DNA of 42,419 bases, from IMG/VR virus record IMGVR_UViG_3300045988_017232, positions 1-42,419 of that record; one strand, given 5' to 3'. Every line of letters begins with the position of its first letter. Positions within the stretch are counted from its first letter, which is position 1. A program made the translations under genes and the position numbers. Source of the DNA: a virus. Below the pieces are notes generated by a model that had not been told where the DNA came from, searched no databases, and saw only the letters and a program-made list of their open reading frames with translations. Positions 34,162 to 40,708 of the stretch are shown here, one piece after another.

Positions 34162-35861
34162 GCTGCTGCCTCCTTTTTCGTTTTCGCTCCGGCACGTTTC
34201 ATCCGCCGGACGTGTTCAATCCATCTGTCCACAAATTCCTGCACTTCTTTCGTCGGCGCACAGTTCCGCAGGCCGTGATTCTGAAGCTCTTTCACTGTTT
34301 TCAGTTCCACCTGCAGGGTAAACCACGGCTTGTCCGGCGCGTTCGCGCGGCGGATGAAGAAAATGCAGCTTTCTCCGCGCGCCACAGTTGCGCCGTAGGT
34401 TCCGACGCAGTGCTGAAGGGCACTTCCCTCGTCGGCCAGCTCTTCCTCGGTGCGGACAGGCCGGATGCAGATCCCGGCGTCTTCCCACGCCCACGCCTCC
34501 AGCGGCGCGACGACCTTCTCAAATGCCGGGCGGCGCTTTTCGATCTCGGCTTGCTTCCTGCGCTTTTCTTCCTCATTCCGCGCGATCCGCTCCGCCTCCG
34601 CGAGCCGGTCGTGCTCGCGCTTGAGGCTTTTCGGGAGCTGGACGTGCTCATCCCGCAGGTCAAGCCCGTCGCGCCGGGCCATGTTCCAGTAGTCCAGCAG
34701 CATTGTGATGTCAGACTTTTGCCGTTCCAGATACCGCAGGCAGCGCATGACGGTCGGCCGGCCGCGCAGCAGCTGCATACGTTTGCCGCCCGCAGCGTCC
34801 GGCAGCAATGCTTTTTCGCTGCACAGCTTGTTCAGATCGTAGATCTGCAGCTTTTTCAGCAGGTTCCAGTCCTCCGGCAGCTTTACCGGCTCAAACGCCC
34901 GCACCATCTTGTATTTCGCAAGATCGTCCTGCGTCCATTTCTCCCGGACGCAGAACGCAAATTCCTGCTTGTCGAGGCCCAGCATCCTGGCCGGGCGCTT
35001 CTGTTTCCAGTCGATCCATTCCAGCTTCGCGCTGTGCCCGCCGCAGTAGTCCCAGCTCTGCGTCTCCCGCGTGATCGCCCTTGCGACCATGCCCCCGCAG
35101 CCCTGCACGATCAGATTCTCGATGTTCCGGTGCTTCTGCCATAGGCGCAGATACGCAACTGGCCGCGCCTCGTCTCCGGCCGCTTTCAGGTATTGGAGCA
35201 GAGCCGAATTTTCGATGGTCGTGCCGGAGAGATCTTCCGGCTTGCGGAACCAGTCTTCACCCAGCGTCTTGCCCCATCTGTCGTCACATCGCTTCACCTG
35301 CCGCCAGCTGTCAAAGTAACGGATCGTGCTCATGAATTTCTGATAGCCTGTCAGCCGGACGGCCTTTTTCTGTTCAAAAACATAGGCCTCATGCGGCCAC
35401 ATCCGGTAAACTTTCCGCGCGTCCTTTCCGATGTTCCGCTCCGCCCGCCAGCTTAGCAGGACGAATTTGCTCCCCAGCTGCCACGGTTCGCAGAAATAGA
35501 CGTTATCGTCGATCCCAGCCCGTGACAGCTGCCCGATGTGCTTTGCCCGGAGCTCCGCGCCGCACTTCGGACAGCGGAATTTGTCCTCCGGGCCGATCTG
35601 CATGATGCCCTCCACGAAGCCGAACGGCGCCCAGCCTCTGCCGCAGCCCGCCCCTCTGACCTTCTCTGCGATCCAGCTGCCGCCGCAGGCCGTGCAGGTC
35701 ACGGAGACTGCGTTTTCGCGCATGCCAGTCAGCGGATCGCGGTAATATGTATCCCGGTAGATCGCGTATTCGGACTTGAATTTTGTCTGGATGCACCAGT
35801 CCAGCGCGCCCTCGGACGGCTGCCTCGGCAGCCGCTCCTCATAGTCGATCTGTTCGCTCAT
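34158..35861 (-). CDS. PcfJ-like protein with N-terminal zinc ribbons (567 aa)
   Basis: C-terminus LADEGSALQHCVGTYGATVARGESCIFFIRR...PWFTLQV...LQNHGLRN matches the PcfJ-like signature. N-terminal CTACG...CPKCG. Confidence 0.7.
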   Translation of the reverse strand: MSEQIDYEERLPRQPSEGALDWCIQTKFKSEYAIYRDTYYRDPLTGMRENAVSVTCTACGGSWIAEKVRGAGCGRGWAPFGFVEGIMQIGPEDKFRCPKCGAELRAKHIGQLSRAGIDDNVYFCEPWQLGSKFVLLSWRAERNIGKDARKVYRMWPHEAYVFEQKKAVRLTGYQKFMSTIRYFDSWRQVKRCDDRWGKTLGEDWFRKPEDLSGTTIENSALLQYLKAAGDEARPVAYLRLWQKHRNIENLIVQGCGGMVARAITRETQSWDYCGGHSAKLEWIDWKQKRPARMLGLDKQEFAFCVREKWTQDDLAKYKMVRAFEPVKLPEDWNLLKKLQIYDLNKLCSEKALLPDAAGGKRMQLLRGRPTVMRCLRYLERQKSDITMLLDYWNMARRDGLDLRDEHVQLPKSLKREHDRLAEAERIARNEEEKRRKQAEIEKRRPAFEKVVAPLEAWAWEDAGICIRPVRTEEELADEGSALQHCVGTYGATVARGESCIFFIRRANAPDKPWFTLQVELKTVKELQNHGLRNCAPTKEVQEFVDRWIEHVRRMKRAGAKTKKEAAA

Positions 35862-36223
35862 CCGAAGAAATCCTCCAGATTCACGATGTTTCCGGCCGGT
35901 GCGGGAGGCGCGGCGGGTTCCGGTTCCGGTTCCGGCTTCGGCGCGGCCGTCTGCTCCGGCAGACCGAAGTATTTGCGGATGATCTTCTCGGCCTCCTGGC
36001 CGGTGCAGCAGCTTCCGTTTTTCTGCGCGAACGCTCTGATTTCGGCCTCGCAGGCCTTTAGGCTCATGCCGCCATGCTTCAGATCGTTCAGCACCAGCTT
36101 TGCCGCCGCCTCATCCGGCGCGATCATCTCCAGCAGCTGCTCGCCGCACATCCACACCGGGCCGCGCGGACCCTGCTGCTTGCGGATGATCTCCGTTACC
36201 TCTTGCAAATATGGATTTTTCAT
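35858..36223 (-). CDS. PcfK-like / AcrIIA9-family-like small protein (121 aa) with a Pro-rich linker and an acidic-aromatic tail
   Basis: MSLKACEAEIRAFAQKNGSCC...AEKIIRKYFGL core and terminal NLEDFFG. Directly coupled (ATGA) to the PcfJ-like gene, as in pcfK-pcfJ pairs. Confidence 0.45.
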   Translation of the reverse strand: MKNPYLQEVTEIIRKQQGPRGPVWMCGEQLLEMIAPDEAAAKLVLNDLKHGGMSLKACEAEIRAFAQKNGSCCTGQEAEKIIRKYFGLPEQTAAPKPEPEPEPAAPPAPAGNIVNLEDFFG

Positions 36224-36272
36224 GGTATACTCTCCTTGTACTTAACTTGTTACGGGGAAGTTTAGGCTTCTC

Positions 36273-36310
36273 TGCCCTCGTCCGGCTGGAACCGGTCGAG
36301 GGCATTTTTT
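36273..36310 (+). terminator. Hairpin with a T-run only on the plus strand, inside the minus-strand early operon
   Basis: TGCCCTCG...CGAGGGCA (inner CCGG/CCGG) followed by TTTTTT on the plus strand. On the minus strand it is preceded by AAAAAA and followed by AGAGAAG. Confidence 0.5.
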
Positions 36311-36566
36311 ATCCGAACATTCTGTCCGGCTGGTAGCCGAGTTTTGCCACGCTGGCCGTCTGGTGGTATTCCGGCCGCTTGAAGCTGTAGCCCCAGCGCT
36401 TGGCCGCCCAGAAAAGGGCCGCCGTTTCATCCGCCGCGTGTACCGTCAGCTGGCGCCCTGCGTAATCCACCACGAAATAGTGCTTGCCGGAATATCCCGG
36501 CTGCTCGACGATGTCCGCGCGCTTCGCGGGCCGCTCACCCGGATAGCTGATACTATTTTGCTGCAT
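36309..36566 (-). CDS. Hypothetical protein (85 aa)
   Basis: AGGAGGGG lies 8 nt upstream of the ATG at 36566. Confidence 0.7.
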   Translation of the reverse strand: MQQNSISYPGERPAKRADIVEQPGYSGKHYFVVDYAGRQLTVHAADETAALFWAAKRWGYSFKRPEYHQTASVAKLGYQPDRMFG

Positions 36567-36801
36567 AGGTCTTGCCCCTCCTGTCTTTGTTTGCCGCCCG
36601 CTCGATCTGCCGGATGGCGGCTATGTCCGGCTCCAGGCTGAGCTTGGCCCGGTGGTTGATGTCGTAGATGTGGTTCCGGATGCTCTCATAGAGCGTCCAG
36701 CTGCAGCAGCGTGTGCTGCATCCGGCCTCGCGTCCCGGGCAGTCCTTCGCGCACGGCGGCGGGATCTGCCGCAGGCGCGGCGCGTAGATCTGCGCCGTCA
36801 T
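36553..36801 (-). CDS. Cys-rich putative zinc-binding protein (82 aa)
   Basis: The ATG at 36801 is in an ATGA overlap. Contains CAKDCPGREAGCSTRCCSW. Confidence 0.65.
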   Translation of the reverse strand: MTAQIYAPRLRQIPPPCAKDCPGREAGCSTRCCSWTLYESIRNHIYDINHRAKLSLEPDIAAIRQIERAANKDRRGKTYAAK

Positions 36802-37016
36802 AGCGCTTCGTCCTGCACGCACAGGAGCCAGTACGCCAGCTTTTGCAGCCGCGTCTCCTGTTTGAGCAGTTCGTCGGTTGTCTCATGATCGACGCGCGGC
36901 ATTTCGCACAGGAGCGCCCGATCATTCTTGAGATCGTCCGCGTAGGCGTTCACCGCCTCGATCACGTCCGCCAGCTGGTCAGGGCGGAAGTCGATCGTGA
37001 TCTTTTGCTCCGTCAC
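36798..37016 (-). CDS. Hypothetical protein (72 aa), GTG start
   Basis: The GTG at 37016 overlaps the upstream stop (GTGA). There is no ATG in frame after the upstream gene end. Confidence 0.5.
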   Translation of the reverse strand: MTEQKITIDFRPDQLADVIEAVNAYADDLKNDRALLCEMPRVDHETTDELLKQETRLQKLAYWLLCVQDEAL

Positions 37017-37261
37017 AGCCAGATCCCCGTCAAAAACGTCGTCAGCGACACGCCGCCGAGGACGGCGGCGATCTCCGCCGCGTGGGCGCACCCCGCAATG
37101 ATGCACAGCGCGAACGCCACGCCCGACAGCCAGCAGCACCCAAGCCGCGCCAGCCGCCGCATGGCCTTGCGCGTCTGGTATGCCTCCCGGAGCCGCGCCT
37201 GCCGCTCCTCGGTCGATTCCTCCGGCTCATACCCGAGCCGCTCTGCAAGATTGGTTCTCAT
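37013..37261 (-). CDS. Small membrane protein (82 aa)
   Basis: The ATG at 37261 is in an ATGA overlap. C-terminal TM segments GCCWLSGVAFALCIIAGCA and VLGGVSLTTFLTGIWL. Confidence 0.65.
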   Translation of the reverse strand: MRTNLAERLGYEPEESTEERQARLREAYQTRKAMRRLARLGCCWLSGVAFALCIIAGCAHAAEIAAVLGGVSLTTFLTGIWL

Positions 37262-37503
37262 TCTGCGTCCTCCTTCGTCTCCGGCAGGCGTTCTGCCGAT
37301 TTCACCAGCGCCAGAATCCGCTTGTATTTCTTCACCTTTTCCCGGTCGCACTTTGCGAGGTGCGCAGCCCGTTCGGTCATTTCCTCGTTCTCAAATTTGG
37401 CTGCGGCGAGCGCTTCGGCCTCATTGTGGGTTGCGATCACAAGCAGCTCCAGCGTGCGCTTCAGCTCAAACCAATCGTCTCCGCTGAGAATCAGTTTCCG
37501 CAT
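37258..37503 (-). CDS. Hypothetical protein (81 aa)
   Basis: AAGGAGG lies 9 nt upstream of the ATG at 37503. Confidence 0.7.
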   Translation of the reverse strand: MRKLILSGDDWFELKRTLELLVIATHNEAEALAAAKFENEEMTERAAHLAKCDREKVKKYKRILALVKSAERLPETKEDAE

Positions 37504-37717
37504 TCCGCTTATCCTCCTTTGCTTCCTGCATCCGCCTGACGAGCCGCGCCAGACGGGCGTTTTGTGTCACGAGCTTCTGCGCGTCCAGATCCAGCCCCTT
37601 GCGCTTGAGCCCGCCGATGATCTGCGCCGCCTGGCACTCGCAGACCAGCGCCGCCTCGATCAGATCATGCAGCTCCTGCGCATCCAGCGTCAGGGTGTAG
37701 GTCTTTACCTTCTCCAT
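37466..37717 (-). CDS. Hypothetical protein (83 aa)
   Basis: AGGAGG lies 8 nt upstream of the ATG at 37717. Confidence 0.7.
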   Translation of the reverse strand: MEKVKTYTLTLDAQELHDLIEAALVCECQAAQIIGGLKRKGLDLDAQKLVTQNARLARLVRRMQEAKEDKRNAETDSQRRRLV

Positions 37718-37728
37718 GCGTCAGCCTC

Positions 37729-37941
37729 CTATCTCTGTACCATCCACCGTGCCAGCTCCGTGAGCGACACCGTGTACTTGTTCCCGATGTGCCGGGCTGG
37801 GAACCGCCGGTCGGCCAGCAGCGTCCGCCGGTCGATGCCCAGCGCCGCCTGGCATTCCGTGATCCCGATCGCTGCCCGGCCCGGAAACATATCCGTCAGC
37901 AGCTCCAGCTGCGGCCGGTATCCTTCCAGCTCTCTCGGCAT
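37729..37941 (-). CDS. Small HTH DNA-binding protein (excisionase/MerR-like fold), 70 aa
   Basis: ITECQAALGIDRRTLLADRRFPARHIGNKYTVSLTELARWM. AAGGAGG SD. Confidence 0.6.
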   Translation of the reverse strand: MPRELEGYRPQLELLTDMFPGRAAIGITECQAALGIDRRTLLADRRFPARHIGNKYTVSLTELARWMVQR

Positions 37942-37945
37942 TTTC

Positions 37946-38098
37946 TCACGCCTCCTTCTTCTCGTTCATCAGCTTCGCAGGCTGCACCATAGCAGCCATG
38001 CCCTGCATAAAGATCAGCGCCTTCTCACGCATTTCCGGTGTAAGCTTGTTGATTTCCGCCGAGATCTTCTCGGCCTGCTGCTTCTGTTCCTCTGACAT
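37946..38098 (-). CDS. Small helical protein, 50 aa (not in the ORF track)
   Basis: ATG at 38098 is preceded by GAGGTG + 6 nt. It translates to MSEEQKQQAEKISAEINKLTPEMREKALIFMQGMAAMVQPAKLMNEKKEA. Its 3' end carries the SD of the next gene. Confidence 0.55.
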   Translation of the reverse strand: MSEEQKQQAEKISAEINKLTPEMREKALIFMQGMAAMVQPAKLMNEKKEA

Positions 38099-38121
38099 TG
38101 ATCTCACCTCGCTATTGTCAA
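38096..38121 (-). repeat. Promoter-less copy of the early leader (start codon + SD fused to a -35 hexamer)
   Basis: CATTGATCTCACCTCGCTATTGTCAA equals 38712-38729 joined to 38768-38777, sharing a CT at the joint. Confidence 0.8.
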
Positions 38122-38175
38122 TCGCCTCTGCGCTGTGCTATCCTTGATGCGGGAAGCGATGCGCAGGAGATTTTC

Positions 38176-38436
38176 ATGGATATTCTTGATAGACTTGATT
38201 TAGAAATGCAGTATTCCGGCTCCATCGATAAGCCAGTTCCGATCTACTGTCCTGTTCACGGCAGGGCAGAAACGGTTTACTTTAACTTCACCCAATGCCC
38301 AAAACCGCCCGGTTTTGAGTTCGCCGCATGTGACAACTCCGAAAACGATCCAGAGTGCCTTTCCTGCTGCACCCGGGCCGAAGCCCTGTTCCAGCGTCTT
38401 TATCCCGGCCTGCCCCTTCTTCGTTCTTCGGACTGA
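38176..38436 (+). CDS. Cys-rich small protein (86 aa), antisense to the early operon
   Basis: AGGAG lies 6 nt upstream of the ATG at 38176. Six Cys (YCPVHG, QCP, ACD, ECLSCC). AT-rich codons unlike the surrounding phage genes. Converges on and overlaps the 38400-38714 gene by 37 nt. Confidence 0.4.
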   Translation: MDILDRLDLEMQYSGSIDKPVPIYCPVHGRAETVYFNFTQCPKPPGFEFAACDNSENDPECLSCCTRAEALFQRLYPGLPLLRSSD

Positions 38437-38714
38437 CGCCATTCCGACACGCAGCGCATCGCTTCCTCTGCCCGCGGCCCTTCAAGAAAGTCCCGCCTGT
38501 ATGCACGGATCGTCTGCGCGTCTGTTCCCTCCCGGAACTCGCTTTCCCAGCAGTCCAGATATCTCTGTGCATCCTCGATATCCTTCATCGTCGCGCCCAA
38601 CTCGCCCGCCGCTTCCAGAATCCGCTCGGCCAACTCCAGCGTCTTCGGCGCAGCCGCGCGCATATGCTCCTCACGCATCCACTGCCGGGCTTCTAAGTCC
38701 AGCACGTTCATCAT
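38400..38714 (-). CDS. First gene of the leftward early operon (104 aa, helical, no HTH recognised)
   Basis: The ATG at 38714 is preceded by GAGGTG + 6 nt. Typical GC3-rich codons. Confidence 0.6.
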   Translation of the reverse strand: MMNVLDLEARQWMREEHMRAAAPKTLELAERILEAAGELGATMKDIEDAQRYLDCWESEFREGTDAQTIRAYRRDFLEGPRAEEAMRCVSEWRQSEERRRGRPG

Positions 38715-38729
38715 TGATCTCACCTCGCT
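38712..38729 (-). repeat. Early leader (start codon + SD), original copy
   Basis: CATTGATCTCACCTCGCT is identical to 38096-38113. Confidence 0.8.
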
Positions 38730-38735
38730 TGGTTT

Positions 38736-38800
38736 ATTCTTTACTCATACGATAGCAGTCTTTAAGACTATTGTCAAGCATTATTTTATTCTTTAAGAAT
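38736..38800. promoter_or_regulatory. Three operator-like sites (two perfect 13-nt palindromes + one half-conserved)
   Basis: AGTCTT-T-AAGACT at 38757-38769, ATTCTT-T-AAGAAT at 38788-38800, ATTCTTTACTCAT at 38736-38748. Centre spacings are 21 and 31 nt. Confidence 0.65.
38749..38777 (-). promoter_or_regulatory. Leftward early promoter (PL-like)
   Basis: Minus strand reads TTGACA (38777-38772), a 17-nt spacer containing the 38757-38769 palindrome, then TATCGT (38754-38749). Confidence 0.6.
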
Positions 38801-38808
38801 ATTTTTTA

Positions 38809-38837
38809 TTGACATTTATTCTCCGCCGTGGTAACGT
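38809..38837 (+). promoter_or_regulatory. Rightward repressor promoter (PRM-like)
   Basis: TTGACA (38809-38814), a 17-nt spacer, then TAACGT (38832-38837). The operator at 38788-38800 lies 8 nt upstream of the -35. Confidence 0.5.
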
Positions 38838-38860
38838 AGTGCCAGAAAGAAGGTGAATCC

Positions 38861-39235
38861 ATGAACACAATCAACGAACGGATCGCGTTTCTGATCAAAG
38901 ATCAAGGCTTGACGCAGGCGAAGTTTGCCGAGATGTTCCACTTTGGTCAGTCTAATGTGTCCAAGATATGCAATGGGACGGTCACACCTACCGATAGCCT
39001 GATCGACGCCATATGCACAAAGTTAAACGTCTCCCTCGCATGGCTGGAGGATGGCGTCGGGGAAATGTATGTCCAGCGCAGTGCAAACGAAGAACTTGCC
39101 CTGCTGGTCTCGAACATCATGTCCGACGCGGATGACTCCTTCCGGAAACGCTTCATCTCCCTCCTGATGGCGCTCCCGCCGGAAAAATGGAGCGAAATTG
39201 AAAATTTCGTAAAAAAATTAAACGGAGACGCTTGA
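38861..39235 (+). CDS. CI-like repressor, XRE-family HTH (124 aa)
   Basis: ERIAFLIKDQGLTQAKFAEMFHFGQSNVSKICNG HTH_3 pattern. Divergent from the early operon. GAAGG SD. Confidence 0.8.
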   Translation: MNTINERIAFLIKDQGLTQAKFAEMFHFGQSNVSKICNGTVTPTDSLIDAICTKLNVSLAWLEDGVGEMYVQRSANEELALLVSNIMSDADDSFRKRFISLLMALPPEKWSEIENFVKKLNGDA

Positions 39236-39254
39236 CCGTCTCCGTTTATTTTTG
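39222..39254 (+). terminator. Rho-independent terminator of the repressor gene
   Basis: ACGGAGACG-cttgac-CGTCTCCGT followed by TTATTTTTG. The repressor stop codon lies in the loop. Confidence 0.8.
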
Positions 39255-39276
39255 TATTCTGGTAGGGGGTGGTATT

Positions 39277-39585
39277 TTGAGTTTCCGCTATTGGCTTATG
39301 TATCTCGGTGCTTCCTTGCTTATCTATGTGGTTGCTGCTCTATTGAATCATTGGCGCATGTGCAAAGATCCAGATAATAAAACCGTTTCGGGTTCCCTCG
39401 TTTTTATTCTCACAATCATCCTCGGCATCCTTGCTTTCCCTGCAACGCTGCTTCTGATGGGGTTGGTTGAGCATCTTCTCATGAAGCGTCTTTCCGGCAA
39501 GGACGAAGAATCATACAGGCACGGATACTTCAACGGATATGATGACGGCTCCAAACACATGCCCTACGATTCGTCCATGAAGTAA
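39277..39585 (+). CDS. Small integral membrane protein (about 95-102 aa, 2-3 TM)
   Basis: The track start at 39232 lies inside the terminator. Candidate starts are TTG at 39277 (GGGGGTGG upstream) or ATG at 39298. TM segments YLGASLLIYVVAALL and LVFILTIILGILAFPATLLLMGLV. Confidence 0.55.
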   Translation: MSFRYWLMYLGASLLIYVVAALLNHWRMCKDPDNKTVSGSLVFILTIILGILAFPATLLLMGLVEHLLMKRLSGKDEESYRHGYFNGYDDGSKHMPYDSSMK

Positions 39586-39650
39586 CGCAGCTCTATAAAA
39601 TTCTGTATTTTCCTCAAATTTTTGTGCATTTTTTCGTGCAACATTCCGGG

Positions 39651-39679
39651 TTTACATTTTGTCCGCCGCGGCATATACT
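39651..39679 (+). promoter_or_regulatory. Sigma-70-type promoter for the NYN gene
   Basis: TTTACA (39651-39656), a 17-nt spacer, then TATACT (39674-39679). This leaves a leader of about 95 nt before the GGAGGG SD. Confidence 0.6.
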
Positions 39680-39780
39680 ATAGACACAGCGAAAGCTGTG
39701 AATCAAGCCTTTGGAATTGACCCCCCACGATCAGGGGAGTGCCAGATCCAAGGGCTTTTGATCGTTAATGGAGGGGTATT

Positions 39781-40440
39781 ATGTCCAGAACTGCGATTCT
39801 CGTTGATGGCGGATTCTTCCGCAAGCGTTCCAAATTCCTTTGGGGTGAGCATTCGCCGGAAGTTACTGCTGACGCTCTGGCTACATACTGCAAGCGGCAT
39901 CTTCGTGAGCACAATATCCGCCACGACCTGTATCGCATCTTTTACTATGACTGCCCTCCGGTAAACAAACAGGTTTACCATCCGCTTTACAAGCATACCA
40001 TAAATCTCGGTGCGACCCCGGAATATGCCTGGATGTGCGAATTTCTCGCTTGTCTGAAGACAAAGAGGAAATTCGCGCTTCGCCTCGGCAAACTGGATGA
40101 CAGCAACACCGTGTACTCGCTCTGCTATGATACCGTCAAAAAACTTTGCTCCGGCACTATTTCGCCCGCCGAATTCACGCCGCAGGACTTTGAGCTTTCC
40201 ATCCGGCAAAAAGGTGTGGATATGAAAATCGGCATCGACATGGCGTCCCTTTCCTTTAAGCATCAGGTCGACCAGATCGTCCTGATCGCCGGTGACAGTG
40301 ATTTTGTCCCTGCCTCCAAACTCGCCCGGCGTGAAGGCGTCGATGTCGTTCTCGACCCGCTCGAACAGTCTGTAAAAGACGATCTGTTTGAGCACATCGA
40401 CGGTCTGCGCTCCTGCGGCAACCCCTTCCCTGTCGAATAA
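39781..40440 (+). CDS. NYN-domain (PIN-like) nuclease, 219 aa, catalytic acidic residues intact
   Basis: AILVDGGFF, QKGVDMKIGIDM and LIAGDSDFVPA match the NYN/LabA-type motifs. GGAGGG lies 5 nt upstream of the ATG. Confidence 0.75.
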   Translation: MSRTAILVDGGFFRKRSKFLWGEHSPEVTADALATYCKRHLREHNIRHDLYRIFYYDCPPVNKQVYHPLYKHTINLGATPEYAWMCEFLACLKTKRKFALRLGKLDDSNTVYSLCYDTVKKLCSGTISPAEFTPQDFELSIRQKGVDMKIGIDMASLSFKHQVDQIVLIAGDSDFVPASKLARREGVDVVLDPLEQSVKDDLFEHIDGLRSCGNPFPVE

Positions 40441-40445
40441 TTCCC

Positions 40446-40479
40446 CGCCGGAACGGTTTCCCGTTCCGGCGCTTATTTT
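40446..40479 (+). terminator. Rho-independent terminator after the NYN gene
   Basis: 11-bp stem CGCCGGAACGG-tttc-CCGTTCCGGCG followed by CTTATTTTA. Confidence 0.85.
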
Positions 40480-40668
40480 ATGATGTGCCGCAGGAATCGC
40501 AGGATGATTTTCAGCTGATCCAGTGTGGCCCGCTCTAAAATGTTTTCAATCTGTTCCATCGTCTTTTCCATCTCCGTCTCCATTTCTCCACAAAAACCGC
40601 GTTCATTTTTTGTTAATCTTTGCCTCTTGTTCGCGTCTCCCGAAAGTTGTAAGATATAGGTAGGCGTC

Positions 40669-40708
40669 GCCCGCGCCGCTGGCCGAACAACGGCGCGGGC
40701 TTTTGCTT
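40669..40708 (+). terminator. Second plus-strand terminator with no ORF upstream of it
   Basis: 10-bp stem GCCCGCGCCG...CGGCGCGGGC, 12-nt loop, followed by TTTTGCTT. Confidence 0.65.

Noticed and set aside
38186-38205. CTTGATA / CTTGAT motifs resembling the nick site of pC194/phiX174-type rolling-circle origins
   Set aside because: A 7-mer is expected several times by chance in 42 kb on two strands. These copies lie about 10.5 kb from the Rep-like gene, inside an ORF, with no adjacent hairpin.
39703-40395. 230-aa minus-strand ORF opposite the NYN gene
   Set aside because: It has no SD and a GTG/alternative start, and no recognisable motifs. The plus-strand frame has complete NYN catalytic motifs, a promoter, an SD and a terminator.
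40474-40582. 32-36-codon minus-strand ORF (METEMEKTMEQIENILERATLDQLKIILRFLRHIIK) converging on the NYN terminator
   Set aside because: It is helical-looking and has a possible GGAG upstream of the second ATG. However, I could find no promoter for it, it is very short, and nothing distinguishes it from chance. It would only be worth revisiting if ribosome profiling shows occupancy (possible antitoxin-like partner of the NYN gene).
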